Assembly (NCBI GenBank): GCA_944355255.1
Contig: CALVQD010000041.1
Location: forward strand, 1-49,362
Direction of reading: 5' to 3'
From: an uncultured Bacilli bacterium
GTDB taxonomy: Bacteria; Bacillota_I; Bacilli_A; RF39; UBA660
DNA length: 49,362 nucleotides
Shown: piece after piece, positions 35,423 through 44,093 of the stretch
Layout of the letters: the number at the start of each line of letters is the position of its first letter
How positions within the stretch are numbered: position 1 is the stretch's first letter
The notes under the pieces: generated by a model
What the model saw: only the letters and a program-made list of their open reading frames with translations
What the model was told of the DNA's origin: nothing
The model's database searches: none
Position numbers and translations under genes: made by a program

Positions 35423-36687
35423 AAAAGAAGTTAAAATACGATTTAAATCGCCAGTTAATATCGATTGGAATTCTCATTTGTGGGATTATATTCATTGCTC
35501 TTGGTATACTCCTCCCAAAAGTATTGACACCTATTTATGAGAATAATATCTATCAATATTTAAAACAGCCACTTGAATTAATTGATTATGAAATTGGAGA
35601 CGATGAAATTGGTAGTGATGTCGCATACCTCTATATCACAAGCCAAAAAGAAGTTGTCTCTTCGGAAAACTTCTCCAAAGTAATTAATGTTGAACCGACT
35701 GAGATTTTAAGTGAAATTGATCATGATTTCGGAAAATTCCAATATAAAGGAAAAACTTATTATTACAATACTTCTTATAATAAGTTTGTCACAAAAATAT
35801 CTCTCACTGATGATTCTTATATCACAGATATGAGAAAAGATATACTATATACTATATTTCCTATTTTACTAATTACGTTACTAATTATATCTGGATTATT
35901 ACTCCTATGGTCTAGAAAATTAGTCAAAAAAATAGAACACTTAAAACAAAAAGTAGATCATCTTTCAAATGATGATTACGATGACACCTATACATATGAT
36001 GAAGATGATGAATTAAAAGCATTATCTGTTGCAATTGACAAAATGCGTGAAAATTTAAAGAAACAAGAAAATTATAAAAACCAAATGTATCAAAATATAT
36101 CTCATGATTTTAAAACTCCTCTCACTGTCATAAAATCATATATAGAAGCGATACAAGATGGAATACAAACTGTTCCTCAAGGTTTAAAAGTCATTGAAGA
36201 GCAGGTTAATAAATTAGAATTAAAAGTACACTCCTTACTATATTTAAATAAACTAAATTACTTTAAAGAACGCAAAGATGTAACGGTTGAAAAAGTCGAT
36301 GTGCAACAAGTGATTAATAACTCGGTAGAAAAAATGAAAAACATAAGACCTGATGTAAAATGGACTGTTTATACAAAGAGTTCAGAAAGCATTATGAAGG
36401 GTACTTATGATATGTGGGAAGCAGTTGTCGATAATATCTTGAGTAACTTTGTAAGATATGCAGAAAAAGAAATTAAAGTCACGATGAAAGGAAGTAAAAT
36501 TACATTTTATAATGATGGACCAAAATTAGATGAAAAAGATTTAGAAAATATTTTCTCACCGTATAAAAAAGGAATCAATGGTCAGTTTGGTCTAGGACTT
36601 TCTATTGTTCGTGAGACACTTGCTTTCTGTGGTTATGAAGTGACCGTAAAAAATGAAAAGAAAGGGGTCAGTTTCATGATTCAATAA
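35419..36687 (+). CDS. Sensor histidine kinase
   Basis: Two TM helices flank an extracytoplasmic segment. H-box ISHDFKTPLT, N-box DNILSNFVRYA, G-boxes YNDGP and GLGLSIV. Overlaps the RR stop (ATGA). Confidence 0.9.
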   Translation: MKKKLKYDLNRQLISIGILICGIIFIALGILLPKVLTPIYENNIYQYLKQPLELIDYEIGDDEIGSDVAYLYITSQKEVVSSENFSKVINVEPTEILSEIDHDFGKFQYKGKTYYYNTSYNKFVTKISLTDDSYITDMRKDILYTIFPILLITLLIISGLLLLWSRKLVKKIEHLKQKVDHLSNDDYDDTYTYDEDDELKALSVAIDKMRENLKKQENYKNQMYQNISHDFKTPLTVIKSYIEAIQDGIQTVPQGLKVIEEQVNKLELKVHSLLYLNKLNYFKERKDVTVEKVDVQQVINNSVEKMKNIRPDVKWTVYTKSSESIMKGTYDMWEAVVDNILSNFVRYAEKEIKVTMKGSKITFYNDGPKLDEKDLENIFSPYKKGINGQFGLGLSIVRETLAFCGYEVTVKNEKKGVSFMIQ

Positions 36688-36796
36688 AAAAGGAAGGGTT
36701 GCCTAAATGGATCACTTCCTTTTTGCTTGTGTAAAAATCAATAATTTTTTAAAAAGTACAGAGATAGTGTATGTTATAATAGAAGTAGGTGATAGT

Positions 36797-37972
36797 ATGA
36801 CTCGTTTTACAGACAATCAAAAGGGGAGTAGTCATTTTTTTGGAGATTATAAGAAAGCTCGTATTTTAGACTATGAACAGATGAATGAACATTTAGATCA
36901 GTTAAAAATATGTCAAGAACATCAGGAAATTGGAACGACGACATTTGGTTATCCAATTAGGTACTTTACTTATGGCCATGGTCCAAATCATGTTATTTTA
37001 ACAGCGGGAACTCATGCAGTAGAATTAATTACAAATTGTTTTTTAATTCATTTTATGGAATATTTAGAAAAATATCCCGAGACAATAGATCAAGATACGT
37101 ATACACTTCATTTTATTCCCATTTTAAATCCAGAGGGTACAATTGTACTTACAAGTGCGATTCGTACTGTGATTCCAAGGACAACTTCCCCTTTTTGGGA
37201 AGAGTTATTTTGTATTCAATATTATATGAATGCGAAAGTAGAAGACAGTTATGTATTAGAAAATCAAAATCAGGAAGATAAATTACAGATGTGGATGTTT
37301 CGTTATGCAACACCTGATTGTATTGATGATAAACATAAGAATTTGAAGAAGAGTATTGCTCGTATTATCGAAAAGCAGAAACTTCCAAGAGGGGTTATGG
37401 CACAATGGTCTAGTAATGGAGTAGGAATTGATTTAAATGCGAATGTATGGAATCCTCGTTATGAGAAAGAAGTACTTATGGGAAAACCTGTCTATCACGA
37501 ACTGAGATTGAATCAAATTTCCATGACATCTCCTGGTCCGGTTGGTTGTCCATTTCGTCTTCCAGAGTTTCAATTAGAGCCAGAAAATAAAGCACTATTT
37601 CATTTTTATGAAACTTTGATTGAAAAAGAAAATGTACTTGGTTCTTTTATTTATCATGCTTGTGGTAATTTAATTTATTATATAGATCATCCAAATGATT
37701 CTTATAATCGAATTGTTGCACAAACTTATCAAAAATATACTGGATATCAAGTTCTATCAAAGCAAAGACCAACGACAGTAGATTATGTCTTAAAAAAGCG
37801 TTTAAAAGGGACTTTGTTGATTGAACTAGGAAATATACGTGCAACTCCTTTATCACAGTTTGTAGATAGTATTGACTCTGTTTACAGCCATATTATGGAG
37901 GATAATACCAAAGCAATTATTGAGACAATAAAAACAATGAAAATACAAATTCATAACTACCAAAAAAACTAG
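36797..37972 (+). CDS. M14 family zinc carboxypeptidase-like protein
   Basis: GYPIRYFTYGHGPNHVILTAGTHAVELIT carries the HxxE zinc motif in an M14-like context, with LNPEG downstream. ATG 36797 follows an AGGTGA SD. The track start at 36707 crosses the upstream terminator-like hairpin. Confidence 0.65.
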   Translation: MTRFTDNQKGSSHFFGDYKKARILDYEQMNEHLDQLKICQEHQEIGTTTFGYPIRYFTYGHGPNHVILTAGTHAVELITNCFLIHFMEYLEKYPETIDQDTYTLHFIPILNPEGTIVLTSAIRTVIPRTTSPFWEELFCIQYYMNAKVEDSYVLENQNQEDKLQMWMFRYATPDCIDDKHKNLKKSIARIIEKQKLPRGVMAQWSSNGVGIDLNANVWNPRYEKEVLMGKPVYHELRLNQISMTSPGPVGCPFRLPEFQLEPENKALFHFYETLIEKENVLGSFIYHACGNLIYYIDHPNDSYNRIVAQTYQKYTGYQVLSKQRPTTVDYVLKKRLKGTLLIELGNIRATPLSQFVDSIDSVYSHIMEDNTKAIIETIKTMKIQIHNYQKN

Positions 37973-38036
37973 AGCTTCCTCTTTTTTTTTCTCTCAAAAA
38001 CATGTATAATGAAACTAATGGAATGGAGGCAAAGAA

Positions 38037-39308
38037 ATGGGATATAAACGATCTAACTTAAAAAAAATGTCGAAAGATGTCATTGATTATCTCACACCAA
38101 AGTATGTTTATATTCCTCTTGCAAGTGGCAAAGATGAAAACGTCACAACTTTAGTCAAAAAGGGTGACTATGTTGCAATTGGTACAGTCCTAGGAAAAAG
38201 AAAAGGAGCAAATAAAGTACCAATTCATTCAAGTGTGTCAGGGCATGTTGTAGGAATTGTAAAAAAATCATATGTAACAGGCAAAACTGTACGTTGTGTG
38301 AAAATTGAAAATGACGAAAAAGAGACTTATTTAGAAAAAGTACCAGAAAGAAAAATCAATGAATATACCAAAGAAGAATTTCTAGAAACAATTCTAGATA
38401 CTGGAATCGTCGGATTAGGGGGAGATGGCTTCCCAACATATATTAAATATAATACAGATAAAAAGATTCATACATTGATCGTAAATGCAGTAGAATGTGA
38501 ACCGTATTTGAATGCAGATACTGCATTGATGCTAGCTCAATGTGAGGAGATATTGGAAACAGTCGATGCGATTATGGAAATTAACCATATTGATCGTGCG
38601 ATCATCGCAGTTTCTAGAAATAATACAGATCTTATTCATAAATTAAATAATTTTATTGGAACTTATTTAAATATTCAAATGAAAATTGTAGATGATGTAT
38701 ATCCAAATGGATGGGAACGTATTTTGGTAAGAGAACTCTGTCATACCAATTATAAAGAAGTTCCACTAGAAAAAGGAATTGTTGTAAATAATGTATCAAC
38801 TATTTTTGCAATCTATGAAGCATTGAAATACCACAAACCAATGATCGATCGCGTTGTTTCATTCACTGGAGATGGGCTTAAAAAAATCTATAATGTACGT
38901 GTAAAAATAGGAACACTTGCTCAAGATGTAATAACCTTTTTAGGGGGATATCAAGCGTATGAAGAGATGTTATTAGTTGCTGGAGGTCCACTCATGGGAA
39001 CTGCCTTTCCAACTGATGAGATTGTAATTTCTCCAGAAATAAATTGTATTCTAGCACTTTCTCATGAAAAAGAAGATGATGTATTACCATGTATTCGTTG
39101 TGGAAAATGTGCTGAAGCATGTCCGGCAAAATTGAGTCCAACTGGAATCGATAAGGCATATCGTAAAAAAAATAAAAAACAATTAGAACAGTTAGAAGTA
39201 GAACGTTGTATCGGTTGTGGGCTTTGCTCTTATGTTTGTCCTTCTAATCGTAATGTTCGAAAACAAATTGCCTTAGCTAGACAATTATTAAGAGAGGAGG
39301 AAGTATGA
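38037..39308 (+). CDS. rnfC: RnfC-like electron transport subunit
   Basis: Nucleotide-binding GLGGDGFPTYIKY, NAVECEPYLNAD and two 4Fe-4S motifs (CIRCGKCAEACP, CIGCGLCSYVCP). Confidence 0.8.
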   Translation: MGYKRSNLKKMSKDVIDYLTPKYVYIPLASGKDENVTTLVKKGDYVAIGTVLGKRKGANKVPIHSSVSGHVVGIVKKSYVTGKTVRCVKIENDEKETYLEKVPERKINEYTKEEFLETILDTGIVGLGGDGFPTYIKYNTDKKIHTLIVNAVECEPYLNADTALMLAQCEEILETVDAIMEINHIDRAIIAVSRNNTDLIHKLNNFIGTYLNIQMKIVDDVYPNGWERILVRELCHTNYKEVPLEKGIVVNNVSTIFAIYEALKYHKPMIDRVVSFTGDGLKKIYNVRVKIGTLAQDVITFLGGYQAYEEMLLVAGGPLMGTAFPTDEIVISPEINCILALSHEKEDDVLPCIRCGKCAEACPAKLSPTGIDKAYRKKNKKQLEQLEVERCIGCGLCSYVCPSNRNVRKQIALARQLLREEEV

Positions 39309-40423
39309 AAGCTTTTGTATTAAAAGATGGACCATTTTTAAAAAGCAAAACAAAAGCATCACAACTAAAATTAACAATCTTAGTTGCTTTAATTCCTCTG
39401 GTATTATTTGCTTGGGTAAAGAATGGTATTTATCCATATTTACACCATAACATGACATTTCAACAAATGTGTACACCAATTACCATGATAGGAATTGTAG
39501 TACTTATTAGTACACTTTCTTATTTTCTGATTCAAAAATTAAAAGAAGAAAAAATGAATCATTATAAGTGGCTTGATATTCTATGTTCTAGTTTAATTCT
39601 AGTATTGCTATTACCAATTCAAACACCTATTTATTTACTTGTCATTGGTAGTATTGCAATGGCAATTTTAGAAAGCTGTGAGCCATTAAAAAAATATGTC
39701 AATCCTATTATTATCGTTGCTTTACTGATTTTAATTGGAAATACCATTACAAATCATAATATCTATTATAATGTTTACGAACAAGAAATCTTTTCTGATC
39801 AACCATCTTATCAAATAATTACAGATGGTGCTCTTAGTAGTTATCAAATGTTAGTACAACCATATGGAAGATTATTAGATTTCTTCTTGGGAAGTGTACC
39901 AGGAGGACTTGGTGTTACGTCTTCTTGTTTACTTCTTATTGCCTTCCTTTACTTGTGCTATAAAAAAGCAATCAAATGGGAAATTACAATTACTTACTTT
40001 TTTACGGTATTTGGTATGAGTACATTTATCGGTCTATTTTCTCATTTAGGTTATTGGTATCCAATATATCAAATTATGAGTGGGGGATTCTTATTTGGAG
40101 CAATTTTCCTAGCAACAGACAGCTTATCGACACCAACTACACCATTAGGACGTATCTTATATGGGTTTGGACTTGGAATTTTAACGATCTTCTTCCGCTA
40201 TTTTATCGGTACTTCTGGAAGTGTTATCCTTAGTATCTTCATTATGAGTTTATTTACTACATTATTAGATCATATTGGTGCAGTTGCAAGATTCCATTTT
40301 GAAAAGAGTATTCCAGTCTTCTTACTTATTTGGATCTGTATTCTTACACTCAGTATTTTTATTGGAACAAGATATCAAGTAGAAACAAAAATAGATATGT
40401 ATCAAAAAAGAGAATCAATTTAG
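39305..40423 (+). CDS. rnfD: RnfD/NqrB family membrane subunit-like protein
   Basis: Polytopic, with FLATDSLSTPTTPLGR (compare ITDPVTSPxTxxGR) and GSVPGGLGVTS. Overlaps the rnfC stop (ATGA). The flavinylation-site region reads DGALSSY rather than D[AG]x[ST][GS]AT. Confidence 0.75.
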   Translation: MKAFVLKDGPFLKSKTKASQLKLTILVALIPLVLFAWVKNGIYPYLHHNMTFQQMCTPITMIGIVVLISTLSYFLIQKLKEEKMNHYKWLDILCSSLILVLLLPIQTPIYLLVIGSIAMAILESCEPLKKYVNPIIIVALLILIGNTITNHNIYYNVYEQEIFSDQPSYQIITDGALSSYQMLVQPYGRLLDFFLGSVPGGLGVTSSCLLLIAFLYLCYKKAIKWEITITYFFTVFGMSTFIGLFSHLGYWYPIYQIMSGGFLFGAIFLATDSLSTPTTPLGRILYGFGLGILTIFFRYFIGTSGSVILSIFIMSLFTTLLDHIGAVARFHFEKSIPVFLLIWICILTLSIFIGTRYQVETKIDMYQKRESI

Positions 40424-40439
40424 ATTCTCTTTTTCTATC

Positions 40440-40613
40440 TTAGTTATTTGCCATTTTTTTCAAACTTCTAAGTTCTCTTGCACTCACACGAACTGATTTT
40501 CCGTTAATTGTTACTTTCTGTAAATTAACTCCTTGTTTTTTTCTAGTTGCATTTAAGGCATGACTTCTAGCGTTTCCAAATAATGGCTTTTTAGCTGTTA
40601 CTTTTCTTGCCAT
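40440..40613 (-). CDS. rpmB: 50S ribosomal protein L28
   Basis: [34 protein letters not shown] is typical L28. GGAGGAA SD precedes this ATG. The track start at 40655 is an extension. Confidence 0.9.
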   Translation of the reverse strand: MARKVTAKKPLFGNARSHALNATRKKQGVNLQKVTINGKSVRVSARELRSLKKMANN

Positions 40614-40676
40614 AATATTCCTCCTTAATAAAAGCTCTGCATTTAACTTTACCATAATATGCTTGATAAGTCAATA

Positions 40677-41549
40677 TTATTCATCATATAATTCTTGTTT
40701 CAACGTTTCTATATTTTGATTCATAAGTGTAATATAATCTTGATTATTTTCACTTTCTTCTTCGGTCATGTTAGATAGTGTTTTAAGCGTTAGTGTTTCT
40801 ACACCAGTTTCTTCTACTAAACTTTTTATAGTATCATTTTCTTCTTCTCCTTCTTTTAAGAAGATATAACTAATTTGTTCATTTTCAATCATCTGTTTTA
40901 CATCAGCAACTGTCTTATCAGTTAAATTACTATTTTCTTCTAATGAAATTACAGTATAACCGTACTTTTCTAAAAATTTAAATAGATCATTCGCCACCAC
41001 AATGGTTTTATTTGATCCACTTTCTACCGCGAGCTTAATACTAGCGTCGATATTTGAAACATCTACTTTTAATTCTTCGTATTTTTCTTCAATTTGATTT
41101 TTGAGGTAAACATCATCGATATATTCTTGTAATCCATTTTTTATATTTTGGGAAAGCATTAAAAAGTTGGATGGATCAAGCCATAGTTCTTCGATTTCGT
41201 TAGAGTATTCCATACTCATGGAAGTATCGATAATTTTAATATTTTTATTGTAGTCAAACATTGGTATTACATAATCTTTTTCTTTTGATAAGCCATTAAA
41301 TATAAAAATACTAGAATTGCTAAAATCTTTGATTTGTTTACTAGTTAGTTCATAGTTTTGAATATTAACTCCCAATGGATAGATACTTTCAATTGTACTG
41401 TATTCTCCATAAAGTCGTTCTGTAATATATTGTAATGGATAAGAGGTTGTTGTGATTTGGACATCTTCTAAATTGTCTCTTTTAAAACACCCTGTAAAAA
41501 GAGATAATCCGAATAGTACCATCCCAATTAATAATATTTTTTTCTTCAT
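40677..41549 (-). CDS. ZnuA/TroA-fold (cluster 9) lipoprotein lacking canonical metal-binding histidines
   Basis: Lipobox LFTGC. The family scaffold is conserved ([42 protein letters not shown]). The three His ligand positions read NYE, ELW and AND. Confidence 0.7.
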   Translation of the reverse strand: MKKKILLIGMVLFGLSLFTGCFKRDNLEDVQITTTSYPLQYITERLYGEYSTIESIYPLGVNIQNYELTSKQIKDFSNSSIFIFNGLSKEKDYVIPMFDYNKNIKIIDTSMSMEYSNEIEELWLDPSNFLMLSQNIKNGLQEYIDDVYLKNQIEEKYEELKVDVSNIDASIKLAVESGSNKTIVVANDLFKFLEKYGYTVISLEENSNLTDKTVADVKQMIENEQISYIFLKEGEEENDTIKSLVEETGVETLTLKTLSNMTEEESENNQDYITLMNQNIETLKQELYDE

Positions 41550-41770
41550 TTTTTCACTCCTTTTTGTGGTACTGGATCGTATCCTCCAGGATTCCAAGGA
41601 TTACATCTCAGAATTCTTTTTAAGCTAAGCCAACTTCCTTTGAAAACACCATAAGTTGTAATTGCTTCTTTTGCGTAATTACTGCAAGTAGGAACAAATT
41701 TACAATGGCCATGGCTTGGAAGAGGCATATTTTGATAAATCGAAATCAAATGTATTATGAATTTTCTCAT
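41546..41770 (-). CDS. yidD: Membrane protein insertion efficiency factor YidD
   Basis: [15 protein letters not shown]...LRCNPW..GGYDPVP hallmark motifs. Its stop overlaps the start of the downstream lipoprotein (ATGA). Confidence 0.9.
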   Translation of the reverse strand: MRKFIIHLISIYQNMPLPSHGHCKFVPTCSNYAKEAITTYGVFKGSWLSLKRILRCNPWNPGGYDPVPQKGVKK

Positions 41771-41899
41771 ACATCAATATTATACTAAAATCCGTTTGTA
41801 ATGTAAACCAGACTTCTTTTCCTTCTTTCTTTTTTACTGAATCGATAGTTACCTATTGGGGCAAGTTTCGAGTTGTGATACAATAGATATGGTGATGTC

Positions 41900-42562
41900 A
41901 TGAAAAGTTTAGAAAAATTAAAAATAAAAACAGAACGTCCAGAATTATATGAAACCGCATTTACACATACTTCTTATGCGAATGAGATGGATACAGAAAG
42001 CTATGAGCGATTAGAATATTTAGGCGATGCGGTATTAGAACTTTTTGTCAGTGATTATCTATATCACAAAAGTGAGATGGAAGAAGGGGGAATGACGAAA
42101 AAAAGAAGTCATTTGGTCTGCGAAAATGCATTATTTGAATATTCGACTCGTCTAGGATTAAATGAAGATTTAAGGCTCGGAAAAGGAGAATTAGAAAATG
42201 GTGGAATGTATCGCAAAGCGATTGTCGCAGATATTTTTGAAAGTTTCTTGGGAGCCCTTTATTTAGATAAAGGATATCCAGAGGTAGAACATTTCATGAA
42301 GACTTATATCGTTCCGATTATGGAAGATGAATCACTAGACTTTTTCGATGATTATAAATCGATTTTACAAGAACAAGTACAGACAGATAAACGTTCTTTA
42401 CAATATGTTGTAGCAAAAGAAAGTGGACCTGCTCATAATAAATTATTTACAGTGATTGTTAAAATCGATAATATTATCTATGGAGAGGGGACCGCACATT
42501 CTAAAAAAGAAGCAGAAAATTTAGCTGCAAAGGATGCACTTTCCAAATCAGTTACAAAATAA
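41900..42562 (+). CDS. rnc: Ribonuclease III
   Basis: Signature ERLEYLGDAVLEL, a second acidic cluster (ADIFESFLGALYLD) and a C-terminal dsRBD (GPAHNKLFTV...GEGTAHSKKEAENLAAKDAL). Confidence 0.9.
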   Translation: MKSLEKLKIKTERPELYETAFTHTSYANEMDTESYERLEYLGDAVLELFVSDYLYHKSEMEEGGMTKKRSHLVCENALFEYSTRLGLNEDLRLGKGELENGGMYRKAIVADIFESFLGALYLDKGYPEVEHFMKTYIVPIMEDESLDFFDDYKSILQEQVQTDKRSLQYVVAKESGPAHNKLFTVIVKIDNIIYGEGTAHSKKEAENLAAKDALSKSVTK

Positions 42563-42624
42563 ATATTGTCAAAATAGAAAAATTCAAGTAAAATATAATA
42601 AGCTTAAAGGAAAAAGGTGAGAAC

Positions 42625-43341
42625 ATGGGAAGAGCTTATGAAGTTAGAAAAGCAAGTATTCAAAAAACAGGAGCAGCAAAAGCAAAATTGTATTCAATGT
42701 ATGCGAGAGAAATTTATCAAGCTGCAAAATCAGGTGGTGTAGAATTAGAGAGCAATAGTGTCTTAAAACGTTTGGTAGAACGTGCCCATAAAGAACAAGT
42801 ACCAAACGATATTATTAAAAGAGCAATCGATAAAGTAAATAGTGGTGTAGACGAAGCTTATCAAACAGTACGTTATGAATTGTTTGGACCAAGTGGATCT
42901 ACGATTATCGTAGAATGTTTGACAGATAACGTGAATCGTTCTGTGAGTGCTGTTCGTGCTGTTGTAAATAAATGCCATATTAAAATGGGTGCGATTGGTA
43001 GTGTTATGTATATGTATGAGAATTTATCCATTATTGGATTTAAAGGATTAGATGAAGAACAAGTAATGGATGCATTTATTGAACACGATGTTGATGTAAA
43101 AGATATGGAAGAAAATGATGGTATGATTATGGTATATGGAGAACCACAAGATTTATTTGCTATGAAAGAAGCAATTCATGCGGTAGATCCAAAAATTGAA
43201 TTCGAAGTGGATGAGATTACTTGGTTACCAAAAGAAAAAGTAACACTTTCAGGAGAAGATAAAGAAACATTCGAACGTACCATTCATATGTTAGATGAAT
43301 GTGAGGATGTCAATCATATTTATCACAATGTCGCACAATAA
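42625..43341 (+). CDS. YebC/PmpR family DNA-binding regulator
   Basis: MGRAYEVRKASIQKTGAAKAKLYS...P.D.IKRAI...YELFGP typical of the YebC family. Confidence 0.9.
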   Translation: MGRAYEVRKASIQKTGAAKAKLYSMYAREIYQAAKSGGVELESNSVLKRLVERAHKEQVPNDIIKRAIDKVNSGVDEAYQTVRYELFGPSGSTIIVECLTDNVNRSVSAVRAVVNKCHIKMGAIGSVMYMYENLSIIGFKGLDEEQVMDAFIEHDVDVKDMEENDGMIMVYGEPQDLFAMKEAIHAVDPKIEFEVDEITWLPKEKVTLSGEDKETFERTIHMLDECEDVNHIYHNVAQ

Positions 43342-43349
43342 AAGGAGAA

Positions 43350-43595
43350 TTATATCTCCTTTTTTTTGTAAAATAGTTCATTTACAGGAATATCTAGAGC
43401 TTTTGATAACTTTAGAATTGCTGTTAATGTCAAATTTTTATACTCCTTACATGATTCAATTTGTTTAATATAAGAAATAGATAGTTCAGATTTTTCGGCT
43501 AGTACTTCTTGCGTAAAACCTCTTTTTTTTCGGTAAGTTTTGATATTGTTACTGAATACTGTATATTGACTTACCATATCCATATTTGTCATCAT
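43350..43595 (-). CDS. XRE family helix-turn-helix regulator
   Basis: IKTYRKKRGFTQEVLAEKSELSISYIKQIE HTH_3 pattern. GGAGGA SD before ATGATG at 43595. The track start at 43625 is an extension. Confidence 0.8.
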   Translation of the reverse strand: MMTNMDMVSQYTVFSNNIKTYRKKRGFTQEVLAEKSELSISYIKQIESCKEYKNLTLTAILKLSKALDIPVNELFYKKKEI

Positions 43596-43734
43596 AACCG
43601 TCCTCCAAATGGTAAATATTTCCAAGTACTACTACATTTATATTTTCTCATAATTAAATAGCAATTGCAGTACACTAACGGTAGACTTTTCAAAAAAATT
43701 GTGTTATAATGACCGTGTAAGGGAGAGAAGTAGT

Positions 43735-43947
43735 ATGTACCTAAAATTAAAAGAATTAAGAAAGAAAAAGAAATTAACAGCTCGTGAAATGGCAGAAAAA
43801 TTAGAGATCAGTAAACCATTTTACTGTCAAATCGAAAATGGAAAGAGAAGATTAACTTATGAAATGGCAGTTAAAATTGCCGCAATTTTCAAAAAAAAGC
43901 CAGATGCGATTTTTTACGAGGCTTATGAAAATACATTAAAGAAGTAA
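43735..43947 (+). CDS. XRE family helix-turn-helix regulator (Cro/CI-like)
   Basis: LKELRKKKKLTAREMAEKLEISKPFYCQIENGKRRL HTH_3 pattern. Divergent from the other XRE gene. GGGAGAG SD before ATG 43735. Confidence 0.8.
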   Translation: MYLKLKELRKKKKLTAREMAEKLEISKPFYCQIENGKRRLTYEMAVKIAAIFKKKPDAIFYEAYENTLKK

Positions 43948-43957
43948 CAATAAGTCA

Positions 43958-43981
43958 AAAATACCAAAATGGTATTTTTTT
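43958..43981 (+). terminator. Rho-independent terminator after the XRE gene
   Basis: AAAATACC-AAAAT-GGTATTTT plus a T-run. A second hairpin AGATATCAA...TTGATATCT plus Ts lies at about 44013-44044. Confidence 0.75.
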
Positions 43982-44093
43982 ATTATTTAGAAGAAAATGA
44001 ATCTAGAAATGGAGATATCAAGTTCCGATTTGATATCTTTTTTGTCACGAAATAACCTGTTATATGGTATACTTAAGAATGGAGGTGTTGTCT

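Noticed and set aside
43996-44093. Approximately 49-codon ORF starting at ATGAATCTAGAA between the XRE gene and the SNF2 gene
   Set aside because: It runs straight through a terminator hairpin and into the SNF2 SD/start region. It has no SD and is most likely non-coding.
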